Origin: Octopus sinensis | Taxonomy: Eukaryota | Direction of reading: 5' to 3' | Assembly: GCF_006345805.1 (NCBI RefSeq) | Contig: NC_043011.1 | Location: forward strand, 39,382,464-39,446,463 | Length of the DNA stretch: 64,000 bases | Shown: piece by piece, positions 1 through 12,259 of the stretch | How the letters are laid out: every line of letters begins with the position of its first letter | How positions within the stretch are numbered: the stretch's first letter is position 1 | Program-made: the position numbers and the translations under genes | The notes under the pieces: model-generated | Database searches by the model: none | Seen by the model: only the letters and a program-made list of their open reading frames with translations | Told to the model about the DNA's origin: nothing

Positions 1-3
1 CAC

Positions 4-44
<41 letters not shown>

Positions 45-287
45 GTATGTGTAATTCTTTATACAAAAATGTTATTAGCAGTGGCTTTGAAGTTTCAACC
101 AGTTAAGTGATCATTGGATGCAGTTTGATAATGGCTTAACTGGCTGTAACTTTGAAGTCATTGTCAAGAATATTTTTCTTCAAGAATGATAAATTTGTAC
201 TCTACAAAAGTATAGAATAACCATCGGAATAATGTGAAATTGTTTTTATTATAACTGAACATAAAGACAAAAAGCATTAACATATTA

Positions 288-450
288 TAGGTACAGGCGT
301 GACTGTGTGGTAAGAAGCTTGCTTCCCAACCACATGGTTCCAGGTTCAGTCCCACTGCGTGGCACCTTGGGCAAGTGTCTTCTACTATAGCCTCGGGCTG
401 ACCAAAGCCTTGTGAGTGGATTTTGTGGACAGAAACTGCAAGAAGCCTGT

Positions 451-492
<42 letters not shown>

Positions 493-1030
493 ATATCGGG
501 ACCGCCTTTGCTCACGACACTGACCATGGGATTGCACCTAGAAAGTTACCCTCCTAATCACAAGTCTGGACAAGGTGGTTTATGGAAGACCAGCAGTCGC
601 CCATGCATACCGGCCTCCCCTCTCCACGCCACCAGTGTTATCCAAGGGAAAGGCAGCAGCCAATACAGCTTTGCACCCATGACATCGCAACTCATTTCTA
701 CAGCTGAGTGAACTGGAGCAATGTGAAATAATGTGTCTTACTCAAGAACACAACACGCAGCCCGGTCCAGGATTTGAACTCACAACCTCACGAACGTAAG
801 CTTAACGCTCTAACCACTGAGCCATGCGCCTTCACTATATATATATATATTTGCGTGTGTGTCCCCGTCATCACTTGACAATCAATGCTGGTGTGTTTAT
901 GTCCCTGTTTATCAGTGTCTTTTGCCAAACTGCTAAGTACTCGGCTTACAAAGAATAAGTTCTAAGGTCGATTCCTTCTGCCTACACTCTTTAAGGCTGC
1001 AGTCAAATGACTGAAACAACTAAAACAATA
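288..1030 (+). mobile_element. tRNA-derived SINE family A with a second SINE nested in its central (TA)n (497-835, minus)
   Basis: Head GGCGTGACTGTGTGGTAAGAAGCTT...GGTTCAGTCCC, tail CAGTCAAATGACTGAAAC. Further copies at about 9860-10237, 26093-26485, 31010-31402(-), 35050-35290(-), 37410-37750(-), 41722-42085(-), 48478-48920 and 58105-58500. Confidence 0.85.
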
Positions 1031-1133
1031 AAAGAAAAACTATATTTTTCCTGAGCACCAAACTAAAACTCCTGCTTGTTCTTTCACCTGTCTCTGTCTT
1101 TTGTTTTCTATATATGTGAACCATATCTATCTA

Positions 1134-1174
<41 letters not shown>

Positions 1175-1607
1175 CATTTCTAAATCTCATAGAGAGACTT
1201 ATGCAGTAGTGATACGATAAAGTAGTTGTATGCTGTCAACTTAATGTGACAGTCCCATGAAGGGAATAATAGTACTGCTATTTAGCCCTAGGAAGCAGCT
1301 ATGCTTCCTGTCAGCCTTGACACATTTCCTGTGTCCTTATGTTTACAAGGGCGAGATAAGCACCTCCACCCAGCTAAGCCTGCACTCAGAGACTAGTTAG
1401 TTTCTGAGTCTTTGCTTGTCTTCAGTCTGGAGTACCATGGCTTGCTAGTTAGAGATGCCTATCTAGCCCTTGTAAACATATAATAATTCTAGTGAAATAC
1501 ATTCACTGATTTCAAAAATAGAAATAATACATTTCTAAATCTCTCAGAGAGATTTATGCAGTAGTGATACGATTAAGTAGTTGCATGCTGTCAACTTAAT
1601 GTGACAG
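1175..1607 (-). mobile_element. Retrozyme-like or Penelope-like non-autonomous element, 1.2 copies of a 355-bp unit
   Basis: 78-bp direct repeat at 1175-1252 and 1530-1607 (period 355), internal hammerhead, long enclosing stem 1339-1352/1466-1479, (TA)n arrays on both sides. Confidence 0.65.
1382..1435 (-). ncRNA. Type I hammerhead ribozyme motif (GUC cleavage triplet; stem II degenerate)
   Basis: Minus strand reads GUACUCCAGA-CUGAAGA-caagcaaagacuca-GAAA-CUAACUA-GUC-UCUGAGUGC. Canonical core; stem I about 9 bp with one bulge; stem III ACU/AGU. Confidence 0.75.
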
Positions 1608-1711
1608 CATACAGCTACTTTATATATATATATATATATATATAGATATATATATATGTATGTATGTATGTATCTGAGTTTGAATGGTTGTGTATAGAAC
1701 AATATCTTAAT

Positions 1712-1936
1712 CTGATTTTCACATTTTATTATTTACAGTTTTACGATAAATTAGTACTTACATGCGTTATGCAATCATCAGGTTTATGTCGTGACTGCCA
1801 TGTTCCACAATTGACAACTGCGTGAATTGTGGAACACGACTGTCGCTATATAAACCTAATGATTGCTTATTGCATAAAAGTACTACTTTATTGTAAAATT
1901 GTAAAAATTGAAAAATATAAAAACATGAAAATCTGA
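1712..1936. repeat. Imperfect long inverted repeat
   Basis: TGTTCCACAATT/AATTGTGGAACA core around a 12-nt loop, extended by GCAATCATCAGGTTTAT/ATAAACCTAATGATTGC and TTTTACGATAAATTAGTACT/AGTACTACTTTATTGTAAAA. Confidence 0.85.
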
Positions 1937-2750
1937 CTGTTGGAATTTCTTTGATTAATATGTGTGTGTGTGTGTGTGTTTGTATGGAATCCTGTCTGTA
2001 TGTCTTAAGTGTTACTTTTTTTGTGCTGAGCTTAGCTATGGTCTGTGGCATTTGTTTACTGGTATTTCCCTCTAGAGAAATGGGCAGTGAAGAATGAATG
2101 ACTGCCTTACTTGAGAACCAGGTCAGGTTTAGCAGCAGGAAAGGCATCCAACTGTAAAAACAATGCTTCAGTTATATGTATTCATCTAACCCAAGCTAGC
2201 GTTGGGGAATTGGATGTGACAAGAAGAAAAAAGCGCAAAAGAAAAAAATCGAAAGCGAATGACCGAACAATGAACACTTTAAAATTGGCAATTTTTGTAT
2301 CAAAGAACCAGTTTCAGGAAGGCTGGCATCAATAGGGTTAAAGTGGTTATACTTTTTAGCACAAAGTCAATTATTTTTCAATAGAGGGGAAAGACGCCAT
2401 TGAGGTTATAGGAATTTCTGCTCTTGATATTTCCTGCTATGCAAAAATAGAAAAATAAAACGAAATAATAGCAATAATAATAATAATAATGATGATAATA
2501 ATAATAATAATAATAATAATAGCAATAATAATAATGATAATGTGCAAAGAAATTAAAAATTCTTTTAAAAAATCTTTGTGGATAAACATGAAACATGCAG
2601 AAGTGGAGGAAGGATATGGTGGTTTCTTTGTAGTTTTTGAGACATGTAGTAGTAGTAGTAGTCTTAAGAATTCTTCCAATATACATGTATTAAGTGGGAG
2701 TTCTTGTGTGTGTGTATGTGAAGCATAATTTAGTATATACGCTCTGGTAA

Positions 2751-2785
<35 letters not shown>

Positions 2786-2962
2786 GTGTGTTATTTGTGT
2801 GACTGTATAAGCTATGTGCAACATGTATACATTTGTGTATATATTGAGAGGCATGTTTCTATACATACATACATATATGTATGCAAGTTTCGATATATGC
2901 TCCGTTTCTCTTTTTTTCTAATTCTCATGCATAATGAGTATGCATGTATATATATGTATGTA

Positions 2963-2995
<33 letters not shown>

Positions 2996-4213
2996 GTATA
3001 TAAATTTGTGTTTATACATCTGTCTGTGTATCTCTCTCTCTATATATATGTGTGTGTGTATGTGTGTATATAAATATATATACGTGCATGCATGCATGTA
3101 TATATACATACATACATACATGTTTGTATACATGCGTAATTCTCACATAGGAATTAGAGAAGGAGAAATATTCAAAGACTGGAATTTTAAGACATTTTTG
3201 CATTTTATTTATTCATTATGTATATATAGAAACGTACATACATATACACATACACACACACACACACACATACATATATAAATATATACACATACATACA
3301 TCTATTTCCACGCATCCGTACAGTTTTCAGTAGATTGCGTCTCCAATCGAGTTTGCAGTTCCTCGAGGTCTCTACTATAAATCTTAATGTGTTTGGCGAA
3401 GAGCTCTTGCTTTCATTTCTTCACACATGACATGCAAACGAATCCATAGAAATCTAACGCTATCAGGCTCAAGTCGCACATGCAACTGGACACAAGCGGG
3501 CACAGTCCAACCGCATTAGTATCAGGTGAACAGAGCCTCTATACAGTTCACTAACCACATACAAATTATCTCATCGCCTGCCACATGCCGGAACCCCTTC
3601 CCCTTGATCGAGGTGACCCGGTGTTTGTGTATTTTGCATCATCTTTCAGATCTGTTGAAATGGGTACTTTAGTTCTGTGGTTAGGCAAACCGTTTCTAAA
3701 CTGTTGGGAATCAATGATATTAATCAGAATAGAATAGCTTTTATTTTTTTTTTTTGTCATATTCATGAGTACTGCATCTGTGTGTGTGGAAATATGTGAG
3801 TTTATTTATCTCTTTCTCTCTCCTTCTCTCTCTCTCTCTATATATATATATACACACACACACACACAGGTGTATGTAATATGCGTTTGTGTTGCATGGA
3901 AATATGTACAGGTATGTATGTGTATATGTGCAAAAATATATGCGCATTTGGATATATGCATATGTGTAAACACATGCACATTGTTTACTCATGTATAGTC
4001 AGGAGTGAATGTCATCTTTGTACTCAGCCAGTTGCATATATCAGTGACCAGCATATATGCTCATCTTTGCTCACACATTTACGCAATCACTATGCATGTG
4101 TGTGTGCACACATGTGTCTGTGTGTGTATACACACACATGCATATATAAAAGCAAGCATTGTATGTACGAAATGGTTTTGTCTCTTTGCACATATATATA
4201 TGTCACTTGTAAA

Positions 4214-4283
<70 letters not shown>

Positions 4284-4589
4284 TATATACATATGCATAC
4301 CTACATGTACACGTAGGTGTATATGTGTGAGTATATATATGCTGCCATGCATGCAATAGTTATATGCTTGTAAACTCTCTTTTTAACCCATAACGTGCAT
4401 ACATAAGCACGTGCAGATACATTAACACACACACGTCTTGTTAGCTTGACAGATTCCTACACACACACACATAAACGCCCACACACATAAACACCCACAC
4501 ACATGCACACTTTTTACCATCAAGATCATTCACTTATTTGCAAGATATATGCACATATACACATACTTATACATGTGTGTGTGTGTGTA

Positions 4590-4622
<33 letters not shown>

Positions 4623-4937
4623 CATATACATGTTTGTATGACTTTGACATACGTGCATGCTTACACCTGAACACACACAGCTCTCATAAAGAATCAAGTG
4701 TTTAAATGTATATAATTTCGCTTCACCCCTTTCCTACCCCTCTCTTTCACTCTCTCTCTCTCTCTCTTTTCTTTGCTCCTTGTTATTTTCCACCTCCCCC
4801 CCCACTACCACCTCCACTGCGCATTCCCTCTCCCCTATCATCTAATCAAGCCATAAATCTTATTTTATCAGGTAAAATTGTTTCCTTCTGTTTCTATTTC
4901 AATAACAAAAATAATGGTGGTGATGATGATGATGATG

Positions 4938-4974
<37 letters not shown>

Positions 4975-6564
4975 TAATAATAATAATCATCATCATCGTG
5001 GTCGGCTTCATCAGCGGCATCATCATCATCGTCGTGGTGGTGGTGGTGTGGTGGTGGTGGTAGTGATGGAGCAGGAGGAGGTGTATTGGCAGAATCATGA
5101 TCAGGGCTTCAGGGGAAAAAAAGCCATCTTTGGTATTTGTTGCAGCTTTTCACTTCCTGAGTTCATATCATTCTTGTTGTTTCATCTCTCTGGAGATGGT
5201 GGCGGTGGTGGGGGGGGGGCATAAAAAGAATGTACCAGTCAGGTATTGGCGGCAGGATTGGGGGCTCTCAGCTTGTTATCTTCCCCCAAAACTAAATTAT
5301 TACTCTTGATGGAACACACTGACTTAAGGAAATTGCAACTGTCCCCTTCATTCCCCGTGAAATAGTGTGAGTATGTGTGAAGCAGGCTTCTTTTCTATAT
5401 CAAAGACAGTCTTCCGATTTGCTTCACCATTCTTCTTTTTTTTTGCCTTCTCGGTGACCCTGCCAGTGCTGGTGCCATCTAGCCATAAAAACCATGCCAA
5501 AACTGACCTTTCCCATGCTGGTGTTAGGAAGGGCATCCAGTCCTAGAAAACCATGCCAAAACAGACACAGTTACCTAGTGTAGTCCTCTACCTGGTCAGC
5601 TCCTGTCAAATTGTCCATACCTGCATGGAAGGCAGGCATTAAACAATGATGATGATTACAAATGATGTCTACTGCTTTTCAACTTTCATTTGTTTGTCAG
5701 TTTCTCCTGGGGACAACATAGATTCATGTGCTATTTCTGCAGCTTTGACCAGCAGTGCTTTTGAAACAGCAACCTCCAGAGCTTGCTGCTGTTGTTGTTG
5801 TTATTGCTAGTTCTGCTGTAGCTTCTTCCTCCTCCTTTGCAGTTCCTTAGGGGCAATAAGCTGATAACCCTTTAGCATTCAGATTACTCTGTCAAATGTC
5901 ATAGCTAATTATATCGCCGACTGCAAAAGGGTTAGGGCACACAAACTAGGTTGATACTCCCAAATATTCGGCAGCTATTTATGAATACCATGTCTTTCCA
6001 AACTTCAGCTTGAGCCTCCTTCAAAAATTTTTTTGAGGGCAATGAAAATCATTCCTTTCTCCATTTGCAAAGCAGAGCTAAGTTGCTTACTTCTCACACT
6101 TCTAATTAAGTATCTCGGGTATAGAAGCATTTTTTTAGGTTACATATCCTTGCCAAAATGACCTTTCTTTCCTCAAGTTTTATTACCTCTGTTAGGAATT
6201 TTTGGTTTCTTTTTTCTTTTTAAAATTCTGGTGATGAAATTTCAACAGAGTATTTGTGTATGTGTGTCACCAAATATCTGTGTTATCCTGTTTGCAAATC
6301 TCTTTTTGTTTTTTGGGTTTTTTTTTATATTTACTATCTTAGTCACTGTTTGAAATGCCTGGTGGTGAAAAATAAGTTTATATTGGATTTGTTTTTCAAA
6401 TATGTAAGAAAAAAGCAGCTGTAGAAACCCTATCACTCTAAACATATTTCATACTAATAAAAAAATAATCTGTTTAGCTGAGAATGTAATCTGATAATTT
6501 TTTTTTAAATCACATAATCCACAAAAAAAAACACAGCTTCCTCAGGTAACTCCAAATAATGATG

Positions 6565-6606
<42 letters not shown>

Positions 6607-6818
6607 GTTTCAAATTTTGGTACAAGGCCAGCAATTTCGGGGGTGGGGTATGTCAATTACATTGATCCCTGTGTTGAACTGGTACATATTTTGTCGCCCC
6701 TCCCCCCCCAAAAAAAGGTAGTCAACTTCAGTGGAAATTGAGCTCAGAACATGAACACAGATGAAACGCCCCTAAACATTTTGCCTGGCACAGTAACAAT
6801 TCTGCAAGTTCACCACGG

Positions 6819-6855
<37 letters not shown>

Positions 6856-6866
6856 TGTAATTATAA

Positions 6867-7238
6867 CTAGAGCACTCAGAGAGTGTAAACCTCTGCCAAG
6901 GCAACACCAACGTCCTCTCAATGATTAGCTGAAGATGATTTTTAAAATGAGAATATCTGAAATAAACTCAACTGCTCTCACAAACAAGAATACTAAAAAT
7001 GAATCCAACCGCTCTCAAAAATTAAGTAAAAAAAAATCTGGTAAAATAATCCAGAATCTTTGTCTAGTACTGGATTGATCCCAAAATCTAATCAGTTTGT
7101 GCCAGTCACGAGGCCAAACATCCCTGAAAGTTTCATCTGAATCCCTCCAGTGGTTCTTGAGATATCTTGTCCATGGACAAACGAATAAACAAACATGACT
7201 GAAAACAATACCTCTGTCTTCACTAAGGTGGAGGTAAT
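6867..7238 (-). mobile_element. Non-autonomous Helitron/Helentron-like element
   Basis: Ends ...CTCTCTGAGTGCTCTAG-T on the minus strand; terminal hairpin ACCTCTGTCTT-CACT-AAGGTGGAGGT. Second copy at 34464-34818. Confidence 0.6.
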
Positions 7239-8872
7239 AATAATAATAATAGTAATAATAATGGTTTCAAATTTTGGCACAAGGCCAGCAATTAAGTCAA
7301 TTACATTGAGACCAGTGATCAGCTGGTACATGCTTTATCGACCCCCAAAAAGGTAAAGTCGACTTCAGTGGAAATTGAGCTCAGAATATAAGGACAGATG
7401 AAATGCCCCTAAGCATTTTGTATGGCACAGTAACAATTCTGTAAGTTCACCACACTGATGATGATGATAATAACAATAATAATAATAATAATAGATAATG
7501 ATAATAATTTAGTAGTTGCTTTTCCTGTAGTTCCAATGAAAGTGTCTTGAGATGTTGTCTTCGGGGAACGAAAACCAACCAAACCGTTTATTATTATCCG
7601 AAACAGATAAATAAATAAATAAATAAATAAATAAAATAAGAGGGCTGTGTGAAACTAAACCAAGGAGTTGGCAGTGGCGGGTGGGGGTGTGGCCGATGAA
7701 TTTTAAGCATTTAAATTAATTGCCCCTGAGCTAGTTAACATTATTACTTCTCTTAAGATTTTTCGCTAGACTTAAAGCTGGCAGAAGACAAAAGAATGGA
7801 AGCAGAAGAAAACTGGGAAACATGATGATGGTTATGGTGATGGTGGTGGTGATTTATGATGGCGGCGGTGGTGGTGGTTATTAAGGTGGCGATTATTGTG
7901 GTGGCGGTGGTGGTGATTATTAAGGTGTGGGTGATGATGATGATTATTATGGTAGTGGTGATTGTTGTTGTGATTATGATAGTGCTTGTTGTTGTGATTA
8001 TGATAGTGCTTGTTGTGGTGACAGTGGTGATGGTAATAGTGGTGTTGGTAGTGGTGGTGGTGGTGTCAGGTGATGTGCATAGAACTTGTGGCAGTAGTTG
8101 TGATAGTCAAGTATATTAGAAAGTGATAGTTCTAGTAGTGACACGGAAGTAGCAGTAGTTATTTTGATGGGACATAGAAGTGACTATGGTGATGGCGGTT
8201 GTAACAGTAGTGGTGGTACGAAAAAAAAGTTGCCCCAGCATGACCACAGCTGCTTGGCTGAAACGAGTGAAAGAGTATCGGGCAGTGTGTAATTTGCGGG
8301 AGATTTGGCTGCTATATCTAGCGGTCAAGTGTCCACATATACGTTCCTTCATCAGTTTGTAAACGCGTTGGTGTTGACATCAGTGGTGATAATAGCAGAA
8401 AGGTGTGCTGAGGTAGGGAGTGAATGGGGGGGGAGGCAGGAATTGGTGGGGGATGGGGGTCAGGAGCACCAGTTCATTGTAACCACGGATGACTGGATTC
8501 GATTGGATGCCTTTTCAAGAAGCTGATCATCCAGCTGTAAAAACACCTGTTCTAATGGAACCTGTCATGCAGAGAGACATTGCTCTACCATTCCAGGTTG
8601 GTGGTGGTGGTCATGGAGGAGGGAGAGATAAAAAGAAAAATGTAATAGCTTTTATTGTTTGTTATTTATATTTCTGTTGTTTTATTGTTGTTTTAATAAT
8701 AATTAACCCTATGGCTGTGTAGTTTATGAAATTCATTTCCTAACCACACTGTTTTGAGTTCAATCCCTCTGTGTAGCACCTTGGGTGAATGCCTTCCACT
8801 ATAGCACTGGGCCACTCTCAAAGCTTTGTGAGTAGATTCGGCAGACAGAAGCTTCATTCAGCTTCTGTCTGC

Positions 8873-9485
8873 AAGGCGGCGAGCTGGCAGAAATGTTAGC
8901 ACGCCGAGGGAAATGCTTAGCAGTATGTCGTCTGCCATTACGTTCTGAGTTAAATTCTGCCGAGGTCGACTTTGCCTTTCATCCTTTCAGGGTCAATAAA
9001 TTAAGTACCAGTTACATACTGGGGTCGATATAATCAACTTAATCCGTCTGTCTGTCCTTCTTTGTCTCCTTTGTGTTTAGCTCCTTGTGGGTAGTAAAGA
9101 AATAGAAATAGGTATTTCGTCAGTTGTTATGTTCTGAGTTCAAATTCCTCCGAGGTTGACTTTGCCTTTCATCCTTTCGGGGTCGATAAATTAAGTACCA
9201 GTTACGCACTGGGATCGATATAATCGACTTAATCCATCTGTCTGTCCTTGTTTGTCTCCTCTGTGTTTAGCCCCTTGTGGGTAGTAAAGAAATAGAAATA
9301 GGTATTTCGTCAGCTGTTACGTTCTGAGTTCAAATTCCTCCGAGGTCGACTTTGCCTTTCATCCTTTTGGGGTTGATAAATTAAGTACCAGTTATGCACT
9401 GAGGTTGATGTTATCGACTTAATCCCTTTGTCTGTCCTTGTTTGTCCCCTCTATGTTTAGCCCCTTGTGGGTAATAATGAAATAA
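8873..9485 (+). repeat. SINE family B with three tandem ~180-bp body units
   Basis: Head AAGGCGGCGAGCTGGCAGAA, repeated GAGGTCGACTTTGCCTTTCATCCTTTCGGGGTCGATAAATTAAGTACCAGT. Clusters also at 21400-22520, 28140-28790(-), 47080-47830(-), 51555-52160(-) and 52900-53305(-). Confidence 0.8.
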
Positions 9486-12259
9486 GAAGCTGAATGAAGC
9501 TTGTCATTTGGTGTGTATGTGTGTGTTTGTTTTTGCTCCTTTTTTTACCTTTTTGCATTTGATATAGAAATGAGCATCACTGACACACAGGTGGTGACTC
9601 ATTTCCAGATTTCCATGTAAACCTGTCTAGCTGTGAGAAAAATATGACCTTGCTTGCTTGGAAACGGGTGAAGGTTGGCAACACGGAAGTCATCCAGCCA
9701 TAGATAATCTGCCTCAATGAATTCCATGTGTCCCATGCAAGCATGGACAAATGGTTATTAAAACAATAACTTACCATTATTATTATTATTTTAAAAAGGA
9801 TTGATGTAACTCTTCACAAAGGTAAACAGTCACAACAAGTAAACAAAAGTAAAAAGTAAAGGCGCAGGAGTGGCTGTGTGGTAAGTAGCTTGCTAACCAA
9901 CCACATGGTTCCAGGTTCAGTCCCACTGCGTGGCATCTTGGGCAAGTGTCTTCTGCTATAGCCCCGGGCCGACCAATGCCTTGTGAGTGGATTTGGTAGA
10001 CGGAAACTGAAAGAAGCCTGTCGTATATATGTATATATATATATGTGTTTGTGTGTCTGTGTTTGTCCCCTAGCATTGCTTGACAACCGATGCTGGTGTG
10101 TTTACATCCCCGTCACTTAGCGGTTCGGCAAAAAGAGCCCGATAGAATAAGTCCTGGGGTCGATTTGCTCGACTAAAGGTGCTGCTCCAGCATGGCCGCA
10201 GTCAAATGACTGAAACAAGTAAAAGAGTAAAAGAGAGAGTCAAGACGAAGAGTACAATTCGATTGAAAAATAGATATTTTATTGGTTGAACGATGTTTCA
10301 ACAGTATGTCTGTCTTTGCCAAGTTCAAAATAAGAAATGATAAAAATTCAAAATTATAGAACAAGAGCAACCAGCTGGATGTAGTGGGGGTGGGGTGATT
10401 ATTAAGATGATGATGATGATGATTGTGGTGGTGGAAGTCATGGTGGTGATTAAGGTGATAGTGATGATGTTGCTCTCGTTCATACTTGAATCGCTGCCCT
10501 GTTATTGCCCCCTTAAAACCTTCCACTGCCCCCAGTGGGGACAATACCATCCACTTTGAGAACCATTAAGCTAGAAGAATCATTATCATGGTTGGCAAAA
10601 TGCTTTGTGGCATTTCATCTGTCTTTGTGTTCTGAGTTCAAATTCCACCGAGGTCAACTTTGCCTTTCATTCTTTTCATGGTTGATAAATTAAGTACCAG
10701 TGAAATACTGGGGTCGATGTAATCAACTAGTCACCACCCCAAAGATTTCAGGCCATGTGCCTTTAGGAGAAAGGATTATTATTATGAAGGTAGCAACCCA
10801 CTAAAATCATTAGCGTGTTGGACAAAATACTTAGATGCACTTCTTGCAACGTTTTATGTTCTGAGTTCAAATCTTTGCCAATTTTGCTTTTTATTGTTTC
10901 AGTGTCAATAAAGGGTTGTTGTCGATCAGAGTTGACCTGAGCCTAACCAAGGTCATATGAGTCTGCACAGCACCTTGGGGTTGTCATATTGTATACTGTA
11001 TCCTCAAATTGATTTGGGCTTTGAGTGTGTGGAGGAATTTACTTGATGGAAACTGGATGGAAGCCCATTGTGTACATTTTTGTGTGTTTGTATGTGTGGG
11101 GAGAGAGAGAGAGAGAGAGAGAAAAGAGAGAGGGTTTCTAAATGTTTGACACATGAATTTTGATTACAATATGTATGATTATAAACAGCTTCTATTATCT
11201 GTTCATACACACACACACACACACATACATACTCACATTCACACACACGTGCATGTGCTCACATGCACAACTAACTACACATTCACACACAATTATAATT
11301 GTGGATAAATTGCAAATTAGCATCTCTCATTGAAATAAAGAACACCTGATTTCAATTCTGTATTCTTTCTGAATATTTTCAAGAGTTTAGCTTTGAAAAG
11401 TTAACAATTATTACCAATCTTTGGAAGCTATTTGCATTTGTATTCTCTAGGCATTTATTGGAATCAGACTATTGGTAGAAACACAGCCCTCACCCACCTT
11501 GTGCACCACTTCACATCATTCCAAGCCAATGGGTATTTTCTAGTTATACTGTTACCTTGAATATTCTATAGTGCATTCTCATTAAGTTCTTGTCTTATAC
11601 TATTTATTTATATTATTTATATCCTACTTGTTAGAAGCTGTATTTCCTTGTGTTCTATTTTTCTTATTCTCAACGATACTTTCGTCATTTTAATTAAACT
11701 GGTATCTGCAATTTCCTTGTTACTGTATTGTGCTCTGTATCCAGGCTGAATGAATGTACTATTTGTTTTAAGTCCAAACCAGCCAGATCCAGCCTCTCAC
11801 ATGTACCCTGCAATGTCATTCTGAAAGTAAACAATGACATCATTTGAAATGCTGAAGCTACAAGATAATCCATGATTAATTCAAATCAATGTGAATAAAT
11901 TGATTTAATACAATAATCTGAATGCTAAAGGGTTTAGCTAGTGAAACATTAATAAGATACAGACATACAAATTGATGGTGGGGGTAAAAAAGTGAGAGAA
12001 AAAGTAGACAATCTATGGTGAAATATTGATGAAGATTCAGGATAATACATGTGTATTTGTGTATGGTAGCTGTGGGCATATATCTTTTACAGCCTTCATT
12101 TGAAGTATTTTCCCTGTTCCTTCTTTTGATGTAGGTCTGTCCTGTTATTTGTATGACTCAAGGATTTTAGTTCAGACAGTTTGGTCATGGTGCTTTATTT
12201 TTTTTTCCCCCCACATATTGTGTTGTTTTCTCTGGCTTGTGTTGGTTTGGCACATGCTA

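Noticed and set aside
8873-9485. Regularly spaced repeats that could be read as a CRISPR array
   Set aside because: The ~180-bp units are near-identical tandem SINE bodies without unique spacers; the context is eukaryotic and no cas genes are present.
10270-10330. Penelope-like GACAG-ACATA-CTGTT-GAAAC hairpin on the minus strand
   Set aside because: No recognisable CUGANGA core; too degenerate to call a ribozyme.
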